Shown here piece after piece: positions 7,499 to 14,605 of a stretch of 32,000 nt of DNA. A program made the translations under genes and the position numbers. The stretch spans positions 3,870,001 to 3,902,000 of the forward strand of contig NZ_CP042911.1 in the NCBI RefSeq assembly GCF_008065095.1. The letters are read 5' to 3'. Below the pieces are notes generated by a model that was not told the origin of the DNA, searched no databases, and worked only from the letters and a program-made list of their open reading frames with translations. The DNA comes from Gemmata obscuriglobus (GTDB lineage Bacteria; Planctomycetota; Planctomycetia; Gemmatales; Gemmataceae). Within the stretch, counting starts at the first letter, position 1; each line of letters opens with the position of its first letter.

Positions 7499-8884
7499 AT
7501 GAGCGACACACCGGTCTTGCTGGGTTACGATCGCGGCACCGTGACCGTGACGGGCGGCCCCGACGGGTTCGTGTACAGCGACCTGCCGGGAGTCGTGTTC
7601 GATCCCCGCACGTCCACACACCGCGCGCAGGGCCGGCACTACCGCACCGTCGTTGAGCACCTGATTAAAGAGAAGCTGCCGTATGAGGACGCCGCCCGCG
7701 GTTGGCCGAAGGAGCCGAGCGGGTGGAGGCTCAGCGCCGAGCGCACCGCCCGCGACTACCAGCTCGCGGCCGTCGCCGACTGGACGAAGGCCGGGCGCCG
7801 CGGCGTGGTGGTGATGCCGACCGGCACCGGGAAGACGTTCGTCGCGTTCCTGTGCATCGAGAAGGTGGGCCGCCCTACCATCATCGTGACGCCGAAAATC
7901 GACCTGATGGTGCAGTGGGCGCGCGAGCTGGAGCAGAGCTTCGGCGTCACGGTCGGGATGGTCGGCGGGAACGAGCGCAACTTCCAGCCCCTCACGGTCA
8001 CCACCTATGACTCGGCGTACATCCATCTAGAAACGTGGGCGAACAAGTACGGCCTGATCGTGTTCGACGAGTGCCACCACCTTCCGGGGCCGTCGTACTC
8101 CGAAGCCGCGAACGCCAGCCTCGCCCCCTTCCGGCTGGGGCTGACCGCAACGCCCGAGCGCGCCGACGGCGGCGAGCAGATGTTCCCGCAACTCATCGGC
8201 CCGATCTCGTACCGCCTCGACATCACCGACGTTGCGGGGGAGTTCTTGGCCCCCTACGAAACGCGCCGGGTGTACGTCGAGCTGACCCAGGAGGAAGAGG
8301 AAACGTACCGCAACTGCCGCGAAGAGTACCGCAAGTTCGCTGCCGACCGCGGCATCAGCATGAGCGGCCCGGACGGGTTCCGCCGGTTCCTCTTCGAGGC
8401 CAGCAAAGCCCCGGAGGGTTGGAAGGCGGTCCGCGCGTACCGCGAGCAGAAGCGCATCATGCAAACGCCCAGCGGCAAGTTCCGAAAGCTTGAGAACCTG
8501 CTCCAGCAGCACGCCAACGACCGCGTCCTGATCTTCACCGCCGACAACGCCACGGTGTACGAGGTCGCGCGCCGGTACCTGATCCCCGCGATGACGAACC
8601 AGACGAAGCCCAAGGAGCGCAAAGCGATCCTGGCGAACTTCCACTCCGGCGCCTTCAACGCGGTCGTGACGTGTCAGGTGCTCAACGAGGGCGTGGACGT
8701 GCCCGCGGCGGGAGTGGGCATCGTACTGGCCGGCACCGGCAGCGCGACCGAGAACGTGCAGCGGCTCGGGCGCATCCTGCGGAAGTATGCGGACAAACAG
8801 GCGGTGCTGTACGAGGTGATCACACGGAACACAGCCGAGGAGTTTGTGAGCGACCGCCGCCGCCAGCACCGCGCGTTCCAGTAA
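7499..8884 (+). CDS. xpb: XPB/Ssl2/Rad25-like superfamily-2 DNA helicase
   Basis: 461 aa from ATG 7499; the track ORF starts earlier, at 7400. The N-terminal ~100-aa domain begins VLLGYDRGTVTV. Motifs seen are motif I VVMPTGTGKT, motif II FDECHH, and LGLTATPERADGGE where XPB proteins carry TAT..REDG. A Helicase_C segment is present (LIFTADN...VTCQVLNEGVDVP...QRLGRILR). Confidence 0.85.
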   Translation: MSDTPVLLGYDRGTVTVTGGPDGFVYSDLPGVVFDPRTSTHRAQGRHYRTVVEHLIKEKLPYEDAARGWPKEPSGWRLSAERTARDYQLAAVADWTKAGRRGVVVMPTGTGKTFVAFLCIEKVGRPTIIVTPKIDLMVQWARELEQSFGVTVGMVGGNERNFQPLTVTTYDSAYIHLETWANKYGLIVFDECHHLPGPSYSEAANASLAPFRLGLTATPERADGGEQMFPQLIGPISYRLDITDVAGEFLAPYETRRVYVELTQEEEETYRNCREEYRKFAADRGISMSGPDGFRRFLFEASKAPEGWKAVRAYREQKRIMQTPSGKFRKLENLLQQHANDRVLIFTADNATVYEVARRYLIPAMTNQTKPKERKAILANFHSGAFNAVVTCQVLNEGVDVPAAGVGIVLAGTGSATENVQRLGRILRKYADKQAVLYEVITRNTAEEFVSDRRRQHRAFQ

Positions 8885-8896
8885 CCAAGAAGAGGA

Positions 8897-8999
8897 TTCA
8901 CCGCAGAGGGCTCGAGAGGGCGCAGAGCCGTTCAAAGAGTATGCAACCACCAGTGCTCTTATGGGCTTCTTTGCCCGCTCTCGTGCCCTCTGCGGTGAA
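8897..8999. repeat. REP/MITE-like palindromic intergenic element, copy A
   Basis: The terminal arms TTCACCGCAGAGGGC (8897-8911) and GCCCTCTGCGGTGAA (8985-8999) are exact reverse complements. The arm TTCACCGCAGAGGGCACGAGAG (reverse complement of 8978-8999) is identical over 22 nt to the left arm of copy B at 21503. Confidence 0.75.
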
Positions 9000-9008
9000 T
9001 AGTGCTTT

Positions 9009-10319
9009 ATGTTGACCGGTAAGATGGTTCGGGTGCGGCACGCGAAGAACAAGCTCGTGCCGCTGTACATCGAACCCAGTGACGAAAGCCTGCGCGCGCT
9101 CGCCGAGCAGCTCCTGCTCGCGTACCGCAACGCGCCCGGGCGCACGCGTGGCGAGATCGAGGAGGAGTTCTCGGACCTCATCCCCGAAGGGCCCCGCGGG
9201 CTGCTCCCCGCGGGACTCGCGAAGCTGCTTGAAGACCGGTGCGAGTTCGAGGTGTCCGCGGACCACCCGCCAGACCAGCTCCGCGAGGCGGTGTTCAAGG
9301 CCGCGGCCGTCGAGCGCGCCGAGGCCGCTAATTCGATGCGCCCGTTCGACCGCGCCGCGGTCATGCGCCAGGTGGCCGAGCAGTTGTCGCTCACCATTCG
9401 GCCCGAAGACATCGACCGCAGTCTGTTCGCCGACCTCAAGGACGAGCAGCGCGTCATCTCGTTCGACGACATCACCGCTGAGCAACTGCTCAACCGCTAT
9501 AATGTCGCACTAGCACAGGCGATTCTGCTCCGCGCCACGCTACTGGAGGTGCGGGTGTACGCGGAAACGCCGGCCCGGTTCAGGCAACTGTTCCGTGCCG
9601 TGAAGTTCCACCGGCTCATCTGCACGATCCAGGAAACCCCGGGCGGTAGCTACAAGCTCACGCTCGACGGCCCGCTCTCGCTGTTCTCGTCCACGAACAA
9701 GTACGGGCTCCAGCTCGCGATGTTCCTGCCCACTCTCTTACACTGCAAAGCGTTCGACCTCCGGGCGAACATCCGGTGGGGCGCGGAGCGTAAGGAGAAA
9801 ACGTTTCAGCTCTCGGGCCTCGACGGGTTGAAGTCGCACGCGCCCGACTTCGGCGTCTACACGCCCCCCGAACTGCAAATGTTCGCCGATTCGTTCGCGG
9901 CTAAGGTGAAGGGCTGGACGATCGATTCGGACCCGCACCCGATCCTGCTGCCGTCGAACACCTGGGTGCCGGACTTCAAGCTCACGCACACGGAGACCGG
10001 CAAAGAGGTGTTCGTGGAGATCTTCGGCTTCTGGCGCAAGGGCGACATCGAGACGCACTACCGAAACCTGTCGAAAGGGGTTCCGGGAAAGTTCGTACTG
10101 TGCGTGTCCGAGCAGATGCGCGCCGACGACGAGTCGGAGGTGGCGTTCGGCGACGGCGTGTATCGCTACAAGCGTACCCCGTTGGCGGACGAGGTGGCGC
10201 GGCTGGCGGCGCGGGTCGCCGGGGTGGATATGGGCGGGCCAACAATCGCGGCGCTACTAACCGAAGAAGAAGTCCCGAAACCGAAAGCCAAACCCAAAAC
10301 ACGAAAGAAAAAAGAGTAG
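9009..10319 (+). CDS. bax1: Bax1-like DUF790 family endonuclease (XPB partner)
   Basis: 436-aa ORF. The N-terminus MLTGKMVRVRHAKNKLVPLYI matches my recollection of DUF790/Bax1 N-termini (ML...L.R.....G..I.P.F). The C-terminal part has a restriction-endonuclease-like core WVPDFKLTHTETGKEVFVEIFGFW. A Lys-rich tail PKPKAKPKTRKKKE follows. The gene lies immediately downstream of the XPB-like helicase. Confidence 0.7.
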   Translation: MLTGKMVRVRHAKNKLVPLYIEPSDESLRALAEQLLLAYRNAPGRTRGEIEEEFSDLIPEGPRGLLPAGLAKLLEDRCEFEVSADHPPDQLREAVFKAAAVERAEAANSMRPFDRAAVMRQVAEQLSLTIRPEDIDRSLFADLKDEQRVISFDDITAEQLLNRYNVALAQAILLRATLLEVRVYAETPARFRQLFRAVKFHRLICTIQETPGGSYKLTLDGPLSLFSSTNKYGLQLAMFLPTLLHCKAFDLRANIRWGAERKEKTFQLSGLDGLKSHAPDFGVYTPPELQMFADSFAAKVKGWTIDSDPHPILLPSNTWVPDFKLTHTETGKEVFVEIFGFWRKGDIETHYRNLSKGVPGKFVLCVSEQMRADDESEVAFGDGVYRYKRTPLADEVARLAARVAGVDMGGPTIAALLTEEEVPKPKAKPKTRKKKE

Positions 10320-10399
10320 ACCTTTCGAGTGCATCGCAACACGGTCACGCGGTCATTGCACGAACCCTACGGCCGCACGACAAGCTCATGGCATTATCC

Positions 10400-10433
10400 C
10401 CGAATGCCCGTTCAATGAGGAACGGGCATTCGG
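10400..10433. other. Perfect 13-bp hairpin downstream of the Bax1-like gene
   Basis: CCGAATGCCCGTT (10400-12), loop CAATGAGG, then AACGGGCATTCGG (10421-33). It is 80 nt after the stop. No U-tract follows on either strand. Confidence 0.3.
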
Positions 10434-10518
10434 TGAAAAGAGCAACAGCCTTGTGAGCCGGACGACAGGGATCGAGAAGCAACTGGACCCGCACCGCCTT
10501 CGGCGTCTGAAACGGAAT

Positions 10519-10544
10519 AACGCCGGGAGTTCCGCCCCGGCGTT
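10519..10544 (-). terminator. Hairpin, candidate terminator of the DUF1573 gene
   Basis: AACGCCGGG (10519-27), an 8-nt loop, then CCCGGCGTT (10536-44). It is 22 nt downstream of the minus-strand stop (10567-69). On the minus strand it is followed by ATTCCGTTTC, a weak T-tract. Confidence 0.35.
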
Positions 10545-10566
10545 TGTCACAGATTGAGCGTGAGTA

Positions 10567-11556
10567 TTATTTGCTCACAACCTTCGCGGTCACCGGCACG
10601 ATAACGGTCGGCTGGTCCTTGTTGTCGGTCACGATCTCGACCGACCGGGTGAATCCGCCGGTAGCGGTTGGGCTCGCCGCGATGACGACCGTGTGAACAG
10701 GCTTCGCACTGTCCTTTTCAACCTTGACCGTCAGCTGATCATCAGCGCCCTTCACTTCCAGAATCTTGAACGGAGCGCTGCCCTGAATCGTCACCTTCTG
10801 TTCCGCGGTCGCGGCGCCCATCTTCACATCACCGAACGACACCCGCTCCGGCAGCGCGGCCACCGCCACCGTCACGTTCACCGTCACCGGGATGCGGAGC
10901 TTTGCGACCGCCGCGTTCGAGGTCTCGAGCAGCACGTCCGATGTCCAGTTCCCGGCCGGGCACTCCTTGTCGAGTGTCGCGGTGATGTCGTAGGTGACGA
11001 TGCTACCGCTGCGTGACGCCAGCTTCGCCTCGACGTTCACGAACCCGCCGGTGCTGGTCGCCTTGTTGACCGTCCACTTAGGGTCACTGGTGAAGCTGAC
11101 TTTCGTCGACACCGTCGCCCCCTTCCCCTTCACCACGCTGCCGAACGCAAGCGTGTCGGGAGACATCATCAGGTCGTCGCGGGTGACGGTGGTGACCTTC
11201 AGCGCCACCTCCTCAAACTGCGGCCCCTGGAACGGCACGTAGACCAAAACGGTTTTGGTGATGCCGGCGTGCGGGATGCGCTTCGTATCCATGTACGCGA
11301 TCACCGCGGCCGTCTCGCCCGGCGCCACGCGGTTGGCCGTCAGAGCCGGGGTCACACACCCGCACGAGACGCGTGGCTGCCCCAGAGTGATAGTCTCTTT
11401 GGTCGTGTTGGTGAACCGGAAGTAATGCACCAGAACGGTCCCCTTCGGGCTGACCCCGAAGTCCTTTTCCTTCTCCGTGAACAGTTCACCCGGGCCGGCC
11501 AGCGAGAAGGTGCTGAACGCCAATACGCCCACGAAGCTCATCGCGAAACGAGTCAT
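10567..11556 (-). CDS. Secreted DUF1573-domain protein (tandem Ig-like domains)
   Basis: 329 aa with the signal peptide MTRFAMSFVGVLAFSTFSLAG. The first domain has the DUF1573 hallmark (FRFTNTTKETITLGQPRVSCGCVTP...VAPGETAAV). The rest is beta-rich and repetitive. Confidence 0.8.
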   Translation of the reverse strand: MTRFAMSFVGVLAFSTFSLAGPGELFTEKEKDFGVSPKGTVLVHYFRFTNTTKETITLGQPRVSCGCVTPALTANRVAPGETAAVIAYMDTKRIPHAGITKTVLVYVPFQGPQFEEVALKVTTVTRDDLMMSPDTLAFGSVVKGKGATVSTKVSFTSDPKWTVNKATSTGGFVNVEAKLASRSGSIVTYDITATLDKECPAGNWTSDVLLETSNAAVAKLRIPVTVNVTVAVAALPERVSFGDVKMGAATAEQKVTIQGSAPFKILEVKGADDQLTVKVEKDSAKPVHTVVIAASPTATGGFTRSVEIVTDNKDQPTVIVPVTAKVVSK

Positions 11557-11762
11557 TCCTTTTCCCCCATTTGGACCCGCGTCGCACCCCCCGGAACGTC
11601 GCGGGCCTTAACCTATTTGGTATCACACCAACGCAGGCCACATCATCAACGAACGCTGCTGATTCCTATTGCCAATCTCGCGCCGCAACGGTGGCCAGTG
11701 CGCGACTCATCAACCCGTCAGGCCCCCACCTCCCTGCATTTCCGAACTGGCCCGCGTAACTC

Positions 11763-12500
11763 CTACCGCCGGGCCAGGACCGCGACCACGACACGCTCAG
11801 CACCGGCGTCGCGAAGCGCCTTTGCAGCCACGCTCGCGGTGCTGCCCGTGGTCATCACATCATCCACGAGCAGTACCGCTTTTCCGGCGACTCTTGCGCT
11901 CGATCGCACGCGGAAAACGTCCCTCATGTTTATTAGCCGTGCCGAACGTGTCGGTTGCGCGTGCTGTGTCGTAAAACGTGCCCGACGCAGCACGCGTGGC
12001 TCGTATGACCGGCCGAGAGAACTGGCGATTTCCCGCGCCAGAGCTTCCGACTGGTTGTAACCCCGTGTCCATTTGCGCCACCAGTGGAGCGGAACTGGCA
12101 CAACGGTGTCGATCTCGGCCAACGCGTGCGCAGTGCCCCGCTCTTCAACCAGCACCCGACCGAGACGATCGGCGAGTCCTTCTCCGGAGAGCAACTTCAT
12201 GCGCAGTATCGCGTCGCGCAGCTTCCCTTCATACGGCCCGAGACGCACCGCGGAATCGAACGCGAAGCCCGCGCCGCGGCACTCACCGCAGCCTTTAGAA
12301 ATGTCGGCGTGTGGACCAACCGTTTGCGCACACCATGGGCACGCCGGAAACGGGTCCGACACGATCGCGCGACGACATTCGGAGCAGAGTCCGTGCCGAA
12401 GCGCGCCGTCGGGTGGTTCTTCAGCATCACAAACAAGACAAGAATCCGGATACACTAGACCAATTGCGTGACGAATGAGTTCTGATGTGGCCCGCAACAT
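11763..12500 (-). CDS. comF: ComF-family protein (phosphoribosyltransferase domain with N-terminal Cys clusters)
   Basis: Cys pairs CLVC...CSEC and CPWC...CGEC are followed by a PRTase motif LLVDDVMTTGST. The likely start is ATG 12500 (MLRATSEL); the track ORF extends to 12593. Confidence 0.8.
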   Translation of the reverse strand: MLRATSELIRHAIGLVYPDSCLVCDAEEPPDGALRHGLCSECRRAIVSDPFPACPWCAQTVGPHADISKGCGECRGAGFAFDSAVRLGPYEGKLRDAILRMKLLSGEGLADRLGRVLVEERGTAHALAEIDTVVPVPLHWWRKWTRGYNQSEALAREIASSLGRSYEPRVLRRARFTTQHAQPTRSARLINMRDVFRVRSSARVAGKAVLLVDDVMTTGSTASVAAKALRDAGAERVVVAVLARR

Positions 12501-12700
12501 GACCGGGTCCTCAACGGCGGCGTCACTTCTTCTGGCAGTTCTGCCTTGATAGTACGACCAAGGCGAGTAACACGCAATCACTCGCACGGACAATGGAACG
12601 GGTATTTCATAAGGAGTGGCGGTGCGTACCGTTCATGGACGACACGCTCCGGTCCGGACCCGGTACCGGCGAAACCCGATCGCCGAGAGATGCTTTGCAC

Positions 12701-12756
12701 GAAAATTCAAACGTTAAATTAAATTTTTTAACACAAACCAATTAACTTATTACAGG
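12701..12756. promoter_or_regulatory. Strongly AT-rich island upstream of comF (promoter region candidate)
   Basis: GAAAATTCAAACGTTAAATTAAATTTTTTAACACAAACCAATTAACTTATTACAGG has about 20-25% GC in a GC-rich context. It contains the inverted hexamers GTTAAA/TTTAAC. Confidence 0.2.
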
Positions 12757-13350
12757 TCCAGTTGATCCATCCAGCCCCTGTTAGGTCAGCCCTGTGATGC
12801 CCCACGTGCGAACGCCCTCAGCCAGCGCCCGTTGGGGTGGCCGGCCTTACCTCCGCCTTTCCGGGACCGCAGCGCGTCGATCGCGGCATCAAGTAGGCGT
12901 TGATCCGCCGGCAACGGTCTTGCGGTAGACGCTGAAATCGGCGGCACTGTCCTGACGCGCGCCCCGTGGTGCGTCATCAGCGCGATCTGCACACGATCTC
13001 GAAGCTGAAGGTCATCGGTCGAACGGAATGAGGGCATCGAGGCTTTCCGCATCGCTCGTGAGTAACTGGATGCGAATCAGGAGGGGGCGCCTTTCTGTCG
13101 GAAGATGGGACGCCGCAAACGGCTCATGTATTAGGCCGATCGGGGGGATTGCTTCGGCGCGTGCGAACCCATAGACTTCATTAGGCGTCATCCTCGCTGT
13201 AACGGTTTGAAGTGGTGTCTCCTGACGGCTGCAACCCGGCAAGGACAACTATCTCCTACACCGATTAGCGTAACTGTAGTGCTCTGGATAGTAAAGTTCA
13301 GAGTCTGAAATGACGATGGGAATACTAGCAGCTTAGGATTTCAGCCACTT

Positions 13351-13437
13351 GGAGAGGTGGCAGAGTGGTCGAATGCGTCGGTCTCGAAAACCGATATACC
13401 CGCAAGGGTATCGAGGGTTCGAATCCCTCCCTCTCCG
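13351..13437 (+). tRNA. tRNA-Ser (anticodon CGA)
   Basis: Cloverleaf read by eye. The acceptor stem is GGAGAGG/CCTCTCC. The anticodon stem is TCGGT/ACCGA with loop CTCGAAA (anticodon CGA). A long variable arm TATACCCGCAAGGGTATC marks a class II tRNA. The T-arm is GAGGG-TTCGAAT-CCCTC and the discriminator is G. CCA is not encoded. Confidence 0.9.
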
Positions 13438-13441
13438 CTAC

Positions 13442-13477
13442 AACGCCATCTGCGTCAAGACGCAGATGGCGTTTTTT
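13442..13477 (+). terminator. Rho-independent terminator of the tRNA-Ser gene
   Basis: A 13-bp perfect stem AACGCCATCTGCG / CGCAGATGGCGTT with loop TCAAGA, running into a T6 tract (13472-13477). Confidence 0.8.
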
Positions 13478-13517
13478 ATGGCTTTCAAGCGTTTTTGCCT
13501 GTTTAGAGCGATTTCGG

Positions 13518-13925
13518 TTATTGTTTAGCTGTGTATCCGCCGTGGCGGATGGAGTCGCCGCACTCGTCGGGTATCAACGCCTCGTGGACGGTGGAGAAGA
13601 AGCTCTCGATCTTGTCGATGGTGGCAACTCGGCAGGGGCGGTGACGGTTTGGGGTATGAATCCATCGAAATCCAGGCAAATTGAGTGCGTTTGCCCGGGG
13701 TAGGGCCGCGATGCTGACCTTCAGGCCCAACCGTCGGTGCAACTCGGCCGGGTCGGCGCGGACCAGTTCCCGCACCCGCACGCGGCGAACGTGACCGGCC
13801 GGCTGGTGCTGCGTGTATGCGGGGCCAACGATCCGGTGGCCTTGAGCCGGCGCGCCCAGGACGCGCTCGCTGAGTACTTCTACGCCAGGGCAGGGGGCTT
13901 CAGCGCCAGCTGGCAGTCGGCCCAC
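13518..13925 (-). pseudogene. Possible remnant of an integrase-core (rve, IS3/IS481-like) transposase C-terminus
   Basis: The tail ...LGLKVSIAALPR...NRHRPCRVATIDKIESFFSTVHEAL resembles the rve C-terminal pattern (GI..S.S..G.P.DN..IESFFSTLK.E). The rest of the ORF is Arg/Pro-rich and not convincing. It lies 80 nt from the tRNA-Ser 3' end. Confidence 0.3.
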
Positions 13926-13998
13926 AACCCCTCACGCAAATCCATCGAATACGCACGTCTCGGAGGCTCCCGTAATGTCTCCTCCGTCGTACCCGAAC

Positions 13999-14385
13999 TC
14001 AAACCGTCGCGCTACATCTTTCCCGTAACTGCTCGAGTTCGGCGAACACGTCCCCAACCCGGCCCTGCCAATACGCCGCGTTCCGGAAGTCGACGACCAG
14101 TTCGAAAGTGGTCAAATTCACAAGATCAATTGAGTGGCTGTATTCGCTCCCGTTGGACACGAACACTTTCCGCGGGGCGTTATCGAAGTGCCGCTCCTGA
14201 CCCTACGCAGCCGTCATCGGTCCGAACGACGAACGCGCCTCGGGGCTCGCCACGCACGTCCTCACGACCCAGTTCGGGGACCACCCCGGGCGCGTCAGGG
14301 CGTCGTCGCCGGGCACCGGGGGCGTCGATGCAGTCGGGCGTTTGGAAGTCTCCGCCTCACCCGGCAGTACCTTCATCTGCTGCAC
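13999..14385 (-). pseudogene. Possible degenerate rve-like fragment with an in-frame TAG
   Basis: My own translation of the minus strand gives ...GPMTAA-TAG-GQERHFDNAPRKVFVSNGSEYSHSIDLVNLTTFELVVDFRNAAYWQGRVGDVFAELEQ. This is DNGSEF-like (SNGSEY), and about 35 residues later GK.ER.F-like (GRVGDVF). Both catalytic positions appear substituted. This is a weak call. Confidence 0.2.
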
Positions 14386-14605
14386 GTGACGTACTCATGG
14401 CTCGCCCTCCTCATCAGTTACGACGAACACGCCCTACGCATTTGCCTCTTCCTCGCCGGAGGTCGCGAGGTGCATTACAAACCGCGACGTGACCCCATAA
14501 CTGTTTCTGCTTGTTGTTTCGCTTGCTACCGTGCTCCGCAGCCGCGACAATCACGTTATCTCCCCCGCGGAAGCTCTCCAGCTTCGGGCTGCCACCGGAG
14601 CCGCC

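Noticed and set aside
8027-9493. 488-aa minus-strand ORF spanning the helicase 3' half, the repeat element and the Bax1-like 5' end
   Set aside because: It is Ser/Arg/Ala-rich and antisense to two well-supported genes. It crosses an intergenic repeat, so it is an artefact of GC-rich sequence.
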